The position numbers and the translations under genes were made by a program. DNA of 64,000 bases from NCBI GenBank assembly GCA_965116495.1, contig OZ220696.1, positions 1,184,001-1,248,000 on the forward strand. The letters are read 5' to 3'. Positions 48,593 to 58,718 of the stretch are shown here, in pieces. The notes beneath the pieces are model-generated. The model was given only the letters and a program-made list of their open reading frames with translations. It did not search any database and was not told where the DNA came from. Source of the DNA: Gammaproteobacteria bacterium (GTDB lineage Bacteria > Pseudomonadota > Gammaproteobacteria > Eutrophobiales > Eutrophobiaceae). Position 1 is the first letter of the stretch. Each line of letters begins with the position of its first letter.

Positions 48593-49822
48593 GTGCCAAG
48601 TAACCGTTTCCGTACCGGCGCCAGGCTATCCGGCGCTATGCTGGCCGGTATCCTGGCTACACCCGCCGCCATTGCAATGGATCCGGAGAAAATGCAGTGG
48701 TCCGGCCACGTGGGCGGGGAGTACCGGTATTTCACGGATGCCGGCGCCGGCGGGGCGCGCTACCAGCACAATGTTTCCCTTGTCGCCGAACCGGAGCTTT
48801 ACTATCCCGTCCGCGCCTCCGGCGACAGCCTGCGTCTCACGGCGTTCCTGCGCCTGGACGAGCACGATGATGAGCGCTCCCATGGTGACATACGCGAAAT
48901 GAAGTGGCACAAGGTGGCGGACCGCTGGGAATTGACCCTGGGAGTCGACCGGATATTCTGGGGTGTCACCGAGACCATTCACCTGGTCAATATCATAAAC
49001 CAGCAGGACTTTGTGGAGAACCCGGATGGCGAGGACCTGCTCGGGCAACCCATGATACGCCTCGAGCTTGTGCGGGACTGGGGAACACTGGGATTATTTG
49101 TCCTGCCCTACTTCCGTGAACGTTCCTATCCCGGCACAGAAGGACGCCCGGGATCCGCCCTCGTGGTCGACACCGACAATCCCGTTTATGAGTCCGGCAC
49201 GGAACAATGGCACACGGACTTTGCCCTGCGCTGGAGCCACTATATCGGCAACTGGGACCTGGGCGCTTCCTATTTCTACGGCACCAGCCGCGAGCCGCGC
49301 TTCGACCCGATGTTCTCAAGCATAACGAAGCAAGGCGTAACAACCCTGCGGCCTGTCTACGATATCATTCACCAGGCGGGTGTTGACGTGCAGGGCACCT
49401 TCGATGCGTGGTTGTGGAAGCTGGAGGCCATCTACCGGGATGGGCAGGACGATGCGTTTTTCGCCGGCGCCGTCGGACTGGAATACACCTTCTTCGATAT
49501 CTCCGGCTACGGTATCGATATCGGCCTGGTCACCGAGTATCTCTACGATGAGCGGACATTTTTCATCAGTACCGATAATGATCTCAGCCTGGGCATGAGA
49601 CTGACGTTGAACGATATCGATTCGACCGAATTTCTGGCCGCCGTGGTGCAGGACCTGGACAATCAGTCACGCTATGTCTTTGTGGAGGCCAGCCGGCGTA
49701 TCGGGGATTCCTTCAAACTCTCCGTGGAAGCCCGCGGCATTAACAACGTCGCTGAGGGCGACCCCCTGCAATTCTATGACGGCGACAATTTTATCCAGGT
49801 GGAGCTGGCGTACTACTTCTGA
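48593..49822 (+). CDS. Putative outer-membrane beta-barrel protein (start uncertain)
   Basis: Signal peptide, FWGVTE..HLVNIINQ.D, C-terminal AYYF; last gene of the MMPL operon. Confidence 0.75.
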   Translation: MPSNRFRTGARLSGAMLAGILATPAAIAMDPEKMQWSGHVGGEYRYFTDAGAGGARYQHNVSLVAEPELYYPVRASGDSLRLTAFLRLDEHDDERSHGDIREMKWHKVADRWELTLGVDRIFWGVTETIHLVNIINQQDFVENPDGEDLLGQPMIRLELVRDWGTLGLFVLPYFRERSYPGTEGRPGSALVVDTDNPVYESGTEQWHTDFALRWSHYIGNWDLGASYFYGTSREPRFDPMFSSITKQGVTTLRPVYDIIHQAGVDVQGTFDAWLWKLEAIYRDGQDDAFFAGAVGLEYTFFDISGYGIDIGLVTEYLYDERTFFISTDNDLSLGMRLTLNDIDSTEFLAAVVQDLDNQSRYVFVEASRRIGDSFKLSVEARGINNVAEGDPLQFYDGDNFIQVELAYYF

Positions 49823-49825
49823 CAT

Positions 49826-49848
49826 TATGCCTCCGGTTGGCTCTCAGT
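49826..49848. repeat. 23-bp direct repeat, copy 1
   Basis: TATGCCTCCGGTTGGCTCTCAGT, 22/23 identical to 52552-52574. Confidence 0.85.
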
Positions 49849-49850
49849 GT

Positions 49851-50036
49851 TCTTACAATGTCGTCAACGCCGAAATTTCTCTAAGTAGTGCCGACGAAAG
49901 GTGGAAATTTAAAATTTGGGCAAAAAATCTGTTTGAAGAAGACTATTCCATATTTACCAACACAGGTCAGTTTGGTGATCTGGTGGCATTTGCACCACCA
50001 CGCGTTGCGGGTGCCGGAGTAGAATTTAATTTCTAA
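49851..50036 (+). pseudogene. C-terminal fragment of a TonB-dependent receptor
   Basis: YNVVNA.I...WAKNLFEEDY...PPRVAGAGVEFNF. Confidence 0.8.
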
Positions 50037-50056
50037 TATTCTTACGACATCTTCAT

Positions 50057-51151
50057 CTATTCATCCATTTTTAATATAGGTTTGATTGTTTTACCGGAAT
50101 GGGTGTCGGAAACCGCTTCGTTGATCTGCTCCAACGAATAAAAACCCGCGAGCTTGTCCATTGGGAATGAACCGTCAAGATACATTTCTATCAGTTGCGG
50201 AATAATTTCAACTGGATCGCAATCACCATTTACCACACCACGAATGACTTTACCGCTTATCAGTGGTAGCACATTTAGTGTAACCTGCGGTTCTTTCGAG
50301 GCACCAAGCAAGGTCAATGTTCCACGTGTTTTTAAAGCGTCAGCCGCAGTAGAGATAAGCGCCGGTACACCGCTGGTATCAACACCTTGATCAATCCCAC
50401 CCAGTTCTGCCAGTTCGCCGGCAAGATCCTGGTCCGTAGTATTAATAGAATCACTAGCTCCAAGCTCACGTGCCAAAGCAAGACGGCTCTCAACTCGGTC
50501 CACTGCAATAATTTTGCCTGCATTCATGGCTTTCGCAGCCATCAAGGCCGCCATACCGACGGCACCGGTGCCAAATACAGCAAGTGTCGTGTCCGGCCCT
50601 GGTTTTAATACATTCATCACTGTACCGGCACCTGTTAAATAACCACAGCTTAGTGGCCCCATGAGCTCCAGTGGTACGTCCTTACGGATCTTGATGGCAT
50701 TCCGCGCCTGCGCCAGAGAGTAAGTTGCAAAGGAAGACTGGGAAAAAAAACCACCGCCAATGGCTTCTCCACTTTCGGCATGCAATGTGGGTGAACCATC
50801 CAGACGACGCCCCATGAAATTTAAAGGCATGTACTGCTCACAATAGGCTGGGTGTGAATCGCTACAGGGAGCACAGGCCCCGCAGGTATTGAATGTAAGA
50901 ACGACGTGATCACCCGGCTCATAGCCGCTGACATTGGCCCCCACTTTTTCGACTACACCTGCACCTTCATGTCCAAGTACAAAGGGAAGCGGCAAAGGCA
51001 TGATCTGGTCGACGATTGACAAATCCGTATGACAAATTCCAGTGGCGACGATCTGCACCAATAATTCATCGTCATTTGGGTCTGCCAGATCTATTCCTTC
51101 TACACTAAATTGACCTCCTGCCTCCCGTGCAACAGCAGCTTTTATTTTCAT
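50057..51151 (-). CDS. Zn-dependent (aryl/terpene) alcohol dehydrogenase
   Basis: GICHTD, GHEGAG, CGAC..C.......C, FGTGAVG. Confidence 0.93.
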   Translation of the reverse strand: MKIKAAVAREAGGQFSVEGIDLADPNDDELLVQIVATGICHTDLSIVDQIMPLPLPFVLGHEGAGVVEKVGANVSGYEPGDHVVLTFNTCGACAPCSDSHPAYCEQYMPLNFMGRRLDGSPTLHAESGEAIGGGFFSQSSFATYSLAQARNAIKIRKDVPLELMGPLSCGYLTGAGTVMNVLKPGPDTTLAVFGTGAVGMAALMAAKAMNAGKIIAVDRVESRLALARELGASDSINTTDQDLAGELAELGGIDQGVDTSGVPALISTAADALKTRGTLTLLGASKEPQVTLNVLPLISGKVIRGVVNGDCDPVEIIPQLIEMYLDGSFPMDKLAGFYSLEQINEAVSDTHSGKTIKPILKMDE

Positions 51152-51177
51152 ATTACTTCCCCCTGAGTCCGTCTTGC

Positions 51178-52425
51178 TTAATTACGTTCGCTTATTATCA
51201 TTGGTAGTGTTTCAAGACCCCGGAAGGTCATGGGCGGTGAAAAATCCAACTCATCATTTACCAAACTAAATTCAAAACGCTCGATAAAGGCAGGAAAAAA
51301 TTCACTCAATACCATCTTTGCAAGGCGAAGACCAATACAGTGATGCATGCCCGGTGCAAATACCAGGTTTTGGCCCTGATCCCGTTCAAAATTAAATTCA
51401 TGAGGCTCAGCAAACACAGACGGATCCTGGTTTGCTGCACTTTGAAAAAGCAACACAAATTGTCCTTTCTTTATTATATTTCCATCCCACTCAAAATCTT
51501 CCGCGACAACCCGGGACATGAAGGTCGACATCTGTGCGCGCCGTTGAATCTCCATTATCGCGTCTATGTCAATATCGTCGGATTGTCGTAACCTGTCGAT
51601 AGCTTCAGGCTGACGAGCCAGTTCAGCCACACCCAATGCCATGGTATTCACAGTCGTGTCATGACCGGCAATCAACACAATATGGCAAACGCCAAGCATC
51701 TCTTCCTCTGTTAACTTATCTCCCGCATCAACCGCCAATACCAATTCGGAAATAAAATCGCCGGTGGGATTTTTGCGTTTTTCCTCAAACTTGGGTTTGA
51801 ATAATTCGTTCAACTCATTGATGACGCCGTCAACCTTGAATAATTGCTCAAGCGGTACATTGATGTTACCGATGGTATTCAAGTCGATTGACCAGCGTTG
51901 CATCTCGTTAATCAATGTATCGTCAAAGTCACAGACCTTCAGGATCATGCGAGCCGGAATGATGCGTGCCACGTTTTCAACAAATTCAACCGGGCCATCT
52001 ATTTCTGCAACCGCATCCAGCGCCTCCTTAATATAGCGCTGCACATCAGGACGAATCGCTTCTACCACTGCGCGCCCAAATGCCCTTTGAATCAAGCGAC
52101 GTATTCTCTGGTGCTCGTCATCGTCCATGTTCAGCAGCCAGGTCTTCGGCGTCTGCATCACAGCAGGAATCTGCGTCCTCTCTTCATCGCTCAGGTGTGC
52201 GGTGGCAAAAAACGGCAACCTCTCATTGGATAGTGGGAGTTTTCCCGAATAACCCCTGAGAACTTCGCGATGACCCGTCACCATCCAGGCCTGGTTGATC
52301 TCACTCCAGTATATCGGGCTGGTCTTTCGTAAATCGTCCAGGCGTTCTGTCAGGGAACTACCCAGGCTTTGTATGTCCAGTGGGAAATCCAGCTCGCTGA
52401 CAACGCTTTGAGTAGGACCGGTCAT
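51178..52425 (-). CDS. Cytochrome P450
   Basis: AGHDTT, EIQR, AANQDP, FAPGMHHCIG. Confidence 0.95.
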   Translation of the reverse strand: MTGPTQSVVSELDFPLDIQSLGSSLTERLDDLRKTSPIYWSEINQAWMVTGHREVLRGYSGKLPLSNERLPFFATAHLSDEERTQIPAVMQTPKTWLLNMDDDEHQRIRRLIQRAFGRAVVEAIRPDVQRYIKEALDAVAEIDGPVEFVENVARIIPARMILKVCDFDDTLINEMQRWSIDLNTIGNINVPLEQLFKVDGVINELNELFKPKFEEKRKNPTGDFISELVLAVDAGDKLTEEEMLGVCHIVLIAGHDTTVNTMALGVAELARQPEAIDRLRQSDDIDIDAIMEIQRRAQMSTFMSRVVAEDFEWDGNIIKKGQFVLLFQSAANQDPSVFAEPHEFNFERDQGQNLVFAPGMHHCIGLRLAKMVLSEFFPAFIERFEFSLVNDELDFSPPMTFRGLETLPMIISERN

Positions 52426-52551
52426 GTCTAAAACTCCTTGCGGGATGTTTAGGAACGAATAATTTTAACCCATATTATAACAAACGCTATACAAAAAAGT
52501 TATCACCAGCCCGGATGTTGTGCAAGTAACTTATAAGGCGCAGTAATTGGG

Positions 52552-52574
52552 TATGCCTCCGGTTGGCTCCCAGT
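52552..52574. repeat. 23-bp direct repeat, copy 2
   Basis: TATGCCTCCGGTTGGCTCCCAGT. Confidence 0.85.
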
Positions 52575-52666
52575 ACGTTCGTTGAGTTTATCGGGCAGGC
52601 GTTCAAGGCCGCGCAACGACATGGCAGAAGAGAATACAAAGTCCAGACTATCCCGTATCCGGTCAG

Positions 52667-53437
52667 TCAAAGCTGCCAACCTCCATCGACGGCCAGGTTC
52701 ACACCCGATATGTACCTGCCTTTTTCTGATGCCAGGAAGACTACCGCATTGGCGATGTCTTCAGGTGTACCCAGGTTACCCAGGGGGACTTGCGCTGTAA
52801 TCGCCTTGATGGCCTTCTCGTCCATCTGGCCGTCCATACCTCTTGCCAGTTTTCCTCCTGCCAACCAGCCCGAACGGATGCTGTTTGCCCGGATGCCATA
52901 GCGACCATTTTCCCTGGCCACCACCTCCAGCAGGTTCTCAATGGCTGCCTTGGGCGCGCTGGAGAGCACACTCTTCGGCAGGTGTCGTGTCGCCTGGGTG
53001 GTGGTCACTGCGGTAATACTGCCGCCGCCGGTATCCTTCAATACGGGAAGCGCAGCCTGGATCAGGTTGAAACAGGCATGGGTGTCCTGCGTAAAGATGT
53101 TTTTCCAGGCTTCCAGACTTGTGGAACCGACAAAATCTATGGGTATTGCCGGACCTGCTGCATACACAACGCTATGGACGGCGACGTACTTTTCCTTGAC
53201 CTGCTGCATAAATGAATGGGTGGCAGCCTCATCATGCAAAGCCAGTTGATAGTAGTCCACTGCGATGTCTGAAGATATACAGGATTGCATTACCTGTCGC
53301 GCCCCCTGCTCGTTCAGGTGATAGGTGAACGCCACCGGCGATCCCGACCTCGCAAACGCCTCTACGATTGCCGCGCCGATCCCCCCGCTACCGCCGGCCA
53401 CAACCGCAACCCCCTCTTTAAACTCCTTTACACCCAT
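52667..53437 (-). CDS. SDR family oxidoreductase
   Basis: AGGSGGIG, SSAPK at the YxxxK position, GIRAN, VDGG. Confidence 0.9.
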   Translation of the reverse strand: MGVKEFKEGVAVVAGGSGGIGAAIVEAFARSGSPVAFTYHLNEQGARQVMQSCISSDIAVDYYQLALHDEAATHSFMQQVKEKYVAVHSVVYAAGPAIPIDFVGSTSLEAWKNIFTQDTHACFNLIQAALPVLKDTGGGSITAVTTTQATRHLPKSVLSSAPKAAIENLLEVVARENGRYGIRANSIRSGWLAGGKLARGMDGQMDEKAIKAITAQVPLGNLGTPEDIANAVVFLASEKGRYISGVNLAVDGGWQL

Positions 53438-53507
53438 TATTCATTCAGCGCCAGATACGGCGATCAATCAGCATATGCTATACCTACCATACTGAGATTT
53501 CATTTAC

Positions 53508-53540
53508 AAAAAAAGCCACCAGTGTTGCTATTGGTGGCTT
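53508..53540 (-). terminator. Rho-independent terminator after the TonB receptor gene
   Basis: AAGCCACCA...TGGTGGCTT stem followed by a T run on the minus strand. Confidence 0.75.
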
Positions 53541-53565
53541 CGTTATTTCGGATTGCGAGTTCATA

Positions 53566-56055
53566 CTAGAAATCGTATGCAATATATCCTCCAAGCTGTC
53601 TCGGATCGCCCGGGACGCCAAAAAGAAGGAAGCCGTTGCCGATCGCCCCGGTTTTGAAGTAGCCCTCGTCAAACAGGTTCCTGCCATAAAAACCAACCTT
53701 CCAGTTGCCGTTGTTGGGTATGTACTGCATGTTCAGATTAACGGTCGCATAACTGGCATCTGTCGTGCCGCCGGAACCAACGCGGTTCTCTGCGTCATAC
53801 CATGACCCATCGTTGTAGCGCAGCGAAGGTGTGATGCTCAGCTCACCGCTGGTGAGAAAAGGCACCCTGTAATCCAGTCCGGCTGCCAGTGTGAAGGGCG
53901 GGGCGCCGGCAAATTTCTTACCGTTCGTCGCCGCAAAGCCTGAAGTGCCGGCAAGGGTATTGAAAAAGGGTGAATCCTGCTCATATTCAGAATCCGTAAT
54001 GGTCATGTTCACATACCAGGTCAGGCCGTCATTTATCAGGCCGCTCAGATCAATTTCCGCACCGTACAGCTCACCCTCAGGCACGTTATAGATAACCTGG
54101 CCACCGACGTTGTTATCAATGAAGCTGATGTGGGGATTTTCGTAATCATAGTACCAGACCGCACCATTAACGAGCAGGTTACCACCCATCCATTGCGACT
54201 TGAAACCTATTTCATAGGATGTGACTTCCTCCGGTTCGGAAACACCAAATGCGGGGCCATCCGCATTCAGGTAGGCCGATTTGAAACCGGTGGAGGTACC
54301 ACCGTAGAACATCCAGCTATCCGTCTTGTATTCCAGCCGGGCCGTATAGGTAAATTCATCGTCTTCCCTTTCAATTAGTCCGGCATTGGCATTCAATATT
54401 ACCAGAACAGGGTTGGTAAAAGGGTTGGTCAGATCGGTATGATCCTGCAACTCCAGTTCGTCCCTGTTATAGCGGCCACCCAGGGTAACGCTCCAGTTAC
54501 CGGTAAACGGATAGGTAATCTGCCCATAGACCGCGTAGGAAGTGGTTTCCCATTCATTCCGGGTACTTATGTTAAAACCACCGAAGCTGTTGCCATCCAC
54601 ACCATGCAACTGCTGCTCGTTAAAATAATTAAAGCCGATGAGCCAGTCCCAGTCCCAGGTATCATTCGACACCAGACGGATTTCCTCCTGAAACATGTCG
54701 TTTTCATACTGGCCGGTAAATCCGAGGCCGAGATTTGGCAGGCCCAACAAGCCCAGGGTCACGGCCCCCGGACTGCTTGGATCGATATTACCCACACCTG
54801 CAGCGCCGAAATAGTCGATGTCCGCATACGCGGTAATGGATGTCAGGGTAAACCGTTCAAAATCGATGTCGATACGGCCGCTGAAAGCGGTCTCTTCGAC
54901 TTGATGGCCGGAACCGGAAAAGGGCGATGCACTACCAAGAGTACCCGCAACCAACGCCCCGCCAGCGCCGGCGCCGGCAATTTCATTGCTGTTAATCAAG
55001 TTGGCGTGAGTGCCGCCTCTCCCCCGGGAAAAGTCGATGCCGGCTGCGGTACCGATGGCAGTGGGTATCGGACCAATCGTAGGTATAACCAAAAAGGGTG
55101 TATTCCGGTCACCGGGCGGCAGTCCGAATCCGCCTCCCAGTATCCCGGCCATAAGGACTTCACCGCTGCTCAGACCGTTTGCCGCCAAGGTATCGGCATC
55201 AAGGCCAATTGCTGCCAATGGACCACCCGGAGCCGTGCGTGGATCAATCTGCCGGATTTGTGCCGCAGAGGGTACCTCCCGATCGGATAATCCATAGTAG
55301 ACATTAACCCCGTCAAGCTGGTCCAAATAGCTGCCCTTGAGCAGCACCGAGATATTGTCCTGTTCAAACAATAACTTGCCGGTCAACCCCCATTCTTCCA
55401 GATCATGTATGCCACCCCTGGCTAGGTTCTGGCTGTCGGGCAGAAAGTCGTAAAACGGGTCATGTTCCTTGAAAAAACCTTCCAGACTGAGAGCAGTGTT
55501 ATCCGTCAGGCCCGTTGCTGCATAAACACTCAGGTCTATTGCGTCATGTTCGCCATAGCCGACTTTAACATTACCGGACGGTCCAACGCCGACTTCCGGT
55601 CTCCTGGTCTCAATGACGATGGAGCCGCCGGTTGAGTTTTTCCCATACAACGCTCCCTGTGGACCTTTCAGAACCTGAACGCTGGACGTGTTAACACCGA
55701 CATTGCTGGCATAAGAACGTGGTATATACACACCATCCACATTGATGGTGGAACCCATATACACAGCGCCGCCCGGTATGATACTGCCCATCCCCCGGAT
55801 GACCGGTATCAGGTAGCCACCCGTATTCATCATGTTAACACCGGAAATGGCAGTGCCAAGCTCTTCCGTACGAGTAATCGCCGCTTTTTCCAGGCCTTCC
55901 TCTGTGAGTGCAGAAATCGAAATGGCTACATCCTGGATGGATTCCTCACGTTTCTGGGCGGTGACAATGATTTCTTCCAGTTGTGCCAGTGCCGGTGTCA
56001 TCGACAGGCACAGACCGGTTGTAATGACAGAAATGATGTATAGTTTAATTTTCAT
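53566..56055 (-). CDS. TonB-dependent receptor
   Basis: Signal peptide, LEEIIVTAQKR, VLKGPQGALYG, C-terminal PRQLG..IAYDF. Confidence 0.95.
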   Translation of the reverse strand: MKIKLYIISVITTGLCLSMTPALAQLEEIIVTAQKREESIQDVAISISALTEEGLEKAAITRTEELGTAISGVNMMNTGGYLIPVIRGMGSIIPGGAVYMGSTINVDGVYIPRSYASNVGVNTSSVQVLKGPQGALYGKNSTGGSIVIETRRPEVGVGPSGNVKVGYGEHDAIDLSVYAATGLTDNTALSLEGFFKEHDPFYDFLPDSQNLARGGIHDLEEWGLTGKLLFEQDNISVLLKGSYLDQLDGVNVYYGLSDREVPSAAQIRQIDPRTAPGGPLAAIGLDADTLAANGLSSGEVLMAGILGGGFGLPPGDRNTPFLVIPTIGPIPTAIGTAAGIDFSRGRGGTHANLINSNEIAGAGAGGALVAGTLGSASPFSGSGHQVEETAFSGRIDIDFERFTLTSITAYADIDYFGAAGVGNIDPSSPGAVTLGLLGLPNLGLGFTGQYENDMFQEEIRLVSNDTWDWDWLIGFNYFNEQQLHGVDGNSFGGFNISTRNEWETTSYAVYGQITYPFTGNWSVTLGGRYNRDELELQDHTDLTNPFTNPVLVILNANAGLIEREDDEFTYTARLEYKTDSWMFYGGTSTGFKSAYLNADGPAFGVSEPEEVTSYEIGFKSQWMGGNLLVNGAVWYYDYENPHISFIDNNVGGQVIYNVPEGELYGAEIDLSGLINDGLTWYVNMTITDSEYEQDSPFFNTLAGTSGFAATNGKKFAGAPPFTLAAGLDYRVPFLTSGELSITPSLRYNDGSWYDAENRVGSGGTTDASYATVNLNMQYIPNNGNWKVGFYGRNLFDEGYFKTGAIGNGFLLFGVPGDPRQLGGYIAYDF

Positions 56056-56079
56056 CGAATTCCCCCGTCGTCAGACATT

Positions 56080-56160
56080 GATATACGTACACGCTCTTGA
56101 CCTACGCAAGAGTATATAATAGTCATAGAACGTTTGCTATACTAGCAGATGCTACAAGGA
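56080..56160. promoter_or_regulatory. Duplicated ~80-bp regulatory element, copy 1
   Basis: CTCTTG-N7-CAAGAG palindrome plus TGCTATACTAGCAgaTGCTA; near copy at 61415-61498. Confidence 0.75.
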
Positions 56161-56242
56161 AAAGACAGCAGCTGAGCATGAGTATAGCTGAGCATGTTGT
56201 CAACAATTAGAATTGTCCGGTTTAGAGCGTTGTTGATGTGCG

Positions 56243-57415
56243 TCACAAACGTCTTGCGATTGTTGCACGCATAATTTCGGAGGTGCCTAAAAATATCCGG
56301 TGAACCCGTGCGAAAGAATACATTTTGGAAATCGGCATCTCGTCGCTGTACCCCATGCCCCCATGCAATTGCAAGCACTCATCCATAACCCTCGCCTCAA
56401 GTTCACTGCCCCAGAGCTTGGCAATCGCTGATTCATCAGCGCCGAGTTGATTCTTGTTCAGTTTCTTCAAATAACTGTCAATCAGGGCTCTCCCTGCCGC
56501 AATGTCAGCTCTTACGGATGCCAGTTTGAATTGGGTATTCTGGAACTCAAATATCCGTTGCCCGAAGGCCTTGCGCTCTTTTGTATAGTCTATCGTCAAA
56601 GCCATCGCCAACTCGCAGGCGGCGACACAACGTGCCGCTGTTGCCATCCTGCCCGTTGCGATAGAGCCCATGGCGCAACGCAAGCCCCTCCCCTCCACAC
56701 CCCCCATAAGGTTACGGGCAGGAATACGGACGTCATCAAAAAATATCTCCGCCACACCACCACAGCCCTTTGTCATCAGTGGCGTTGGTTTACTCACGGT
56801 TATACCTTTTGTTCCCTCAAACGGAACGATAAACATCGAAATAGCGTCGCTGTTGCCCTCTTTTTCCGTCTTGGCCACAACAAACAACACAGAAATGAGC
56901 GGCCCATTCGACATCCACATTTTTGAACCATTAATGACATAATCATCCCCATCTCTGCGGGCAAATGTCTTTATGGCTCGAGCATCACTTCCGGCGCCGG
57001 ATTCAGAAAGGCCAACTTCAGCGATTCCCTTTCCTGACGCAAAAAATGGCAGCCATTCTTTCTTTTGCTCTTCGGTTCCTCCATCGAGCAGCACATAACT
57101 TGCTAATTCCGTACATAACCCAGCTTCAAGTGAAGCGCCGCTTGCAGAAAAACCGTGCTCTTCGTGAAGTATTACCTGATGCAGTAGATCACCACCGCCA
57201 CCGCCATACTCTTCAGGTATTCCGGCACAGAGAATCCCGTATTCGGCAGCTGTTTTGAACAGTGCTGCCGGGAAAAAGCCATCCTTCTCCCATTGCCGGT
57301 AATTCGGCTCAACCTCCTGTTGAAAAAATCGTCGCACTACTTCACGAAAGGCTTCGTGTTCAGGCTGAAATACTTCCCGGTTATAACCTAAGGATGCAAC
57401 ATCACTCATTTTCAT
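56243..57415 (-). CDS. Acyl-CoA dehydrogenase
   Basis: SESGAGSD, INGSKMW.SNG, RKAFG..I..FQ, QLHGGMGY, GTSEIM. Confidence 0.95.
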   Translation of the reverse strand: MKMSDVASLGYNREVFQPEHEAFREVVRRFFQQEVEPNYRQWEKDGFFPAALFKTAAEYGILCAGIPEEYGGGGGDLLHQVILHEEHGFSASGASLEAGLCTELASYVLLDGGTEEQKKEWLPFFASGKGIAEVGLSESGAGSDARAIKTFARRDGDDYVINGSKMWMSNGPLISVLFVVAKTEKEGNSDAISMFIVPFEGTKGITVSKPTPLMTKGCGGVAEIFFDDVRIPARNLMGGVEGRGLRCAMGSIATGRMATAARCVAACELAMALTIDYTKERKAFGQRIFEFQNTQFKLASVRADIAAGRALIDSYLKKLNKNQLGADESAIAKLWGSELEARVMDECLQLHGGMGYSDEMPISKMYSFARVHRIFLGTSEIMRATIARRL

Positions 57416-58718
57416 TACCGCTACCAGTCGTTCACCACGTTACAGGGAGGCCGAAGCAACGACATAACCGTTATATCCATCGGAGACCTCATTTTTTTAT
57501 TACCGGGGATGAAACCTGACATTAAGTTCATATAAACCCCGAAAAAAAGCCATGGGCATAAAATTAAGCTTATCGTCTTGAACATCAACACCTTTGAACC
57601 TTTTGACCATAGCCAATAAAAACTCGCCAACCTCCATTTTTGCCAGCATATGCCCTACACAATGGTGTACTCCAGGAGCGAAAACCATGGAGTTGGTATT
57701 GTCACGACTAAAATCGAGACCTAAAGGGTTATCATAAACTCTCGGATCGCGATTAGCCGCCGCCACGCAAAGCATGACCATATCACCAGCTTTAATTTGT
57801 TTACCGTGCCATTCAAAATCGTAACTGGCCACACGTAATTGGCCCGCATTCATGCAAACATAGCGCATGAATTCATTAACAATGTCGGTGATTTTATCAG
57901 GGCACTCCTCGATATACTGCCATGCTTCGGGGTGTCGACTCAGTGCTTCAACGATCATGGTAATTGTGCTGGAGGTACTCTCATGACCGGCAACAATCAA
58001 AATCAGCATCTGAGCAAAAAATTCATCTTCTGTGATTTTTTCACCTTCATCACTTGCCTGGGCTAAGGCAGTAATGAGGTCATCCTTTGGCTCTAACAAT
58101 CGCTTTTCTCTTTCAATTCGGCCAAGCTCATTCATTTCTGAGGCACATTTTTCAGCGCGTGTTATCTGTTTTTCTGTGGACCCAATCGAGGAAGTCACCT
58201 CCATTATGGCGTTAGACCATTCACGCATATTGGCGAACTGCTCTTCAGGAATTCCCAGCATTTTGAAAATAACAAAGCCGGGTAGGGGTCTTGAAATCTG
58301 TTCCTGAAATTCAATTTCAGGGGAGTCAACTGCTTTTCTCAAGAGCTCTCGAACCTTTTCTCGAACGATGGGGCGAATTTGTTCTACGGCTTTTTTGGTG
58401 ACAGCTTTCATCAACAACTTTCTAAGGCGTGTATGCTCAGGCGCTTCGGTATCGACAATAACCAGTGGAAGGTATTTTGAAAGCACTGGAAATTTCTTGG
58501 AGCGATCATCAGGGGGGATTCTCGACATTACGCTGGAAACCAAACGACCTTTACAGGACAAGGCGGGGTACTTGTAGTTAAAAGCATCAGCAACATCCTG
58601 ATGGCGAGTTATCATTGCGTATTTCACTGAATCCTGCCACCCGTTTCACGTGAAGGCTGCCACCCGGAACGCAGCAAAGCTGCCACCCCCGGGCGCGTGA
58701 TGACGTGGGTGTTGGTCA

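Larger units (their letters stand above)
45715..48603 (+). pseudogene. Outer-membrane lipoprotein-sorting protein (DUF1329/LolA-like), split by IS1634
   Basis: Removing the IS and one TTAA rejoins DDQWLYLPAL-KRVKRISSKNRSGPFMGSEFAFED in frame. Confidence 0.9.

Noticed and set aside
49674-49850. N-terminal part of the 120-aa ORF as a real gene
   Set aside because: Alternative frame of the beta-barrel gene read through into the TonB receptor remnant
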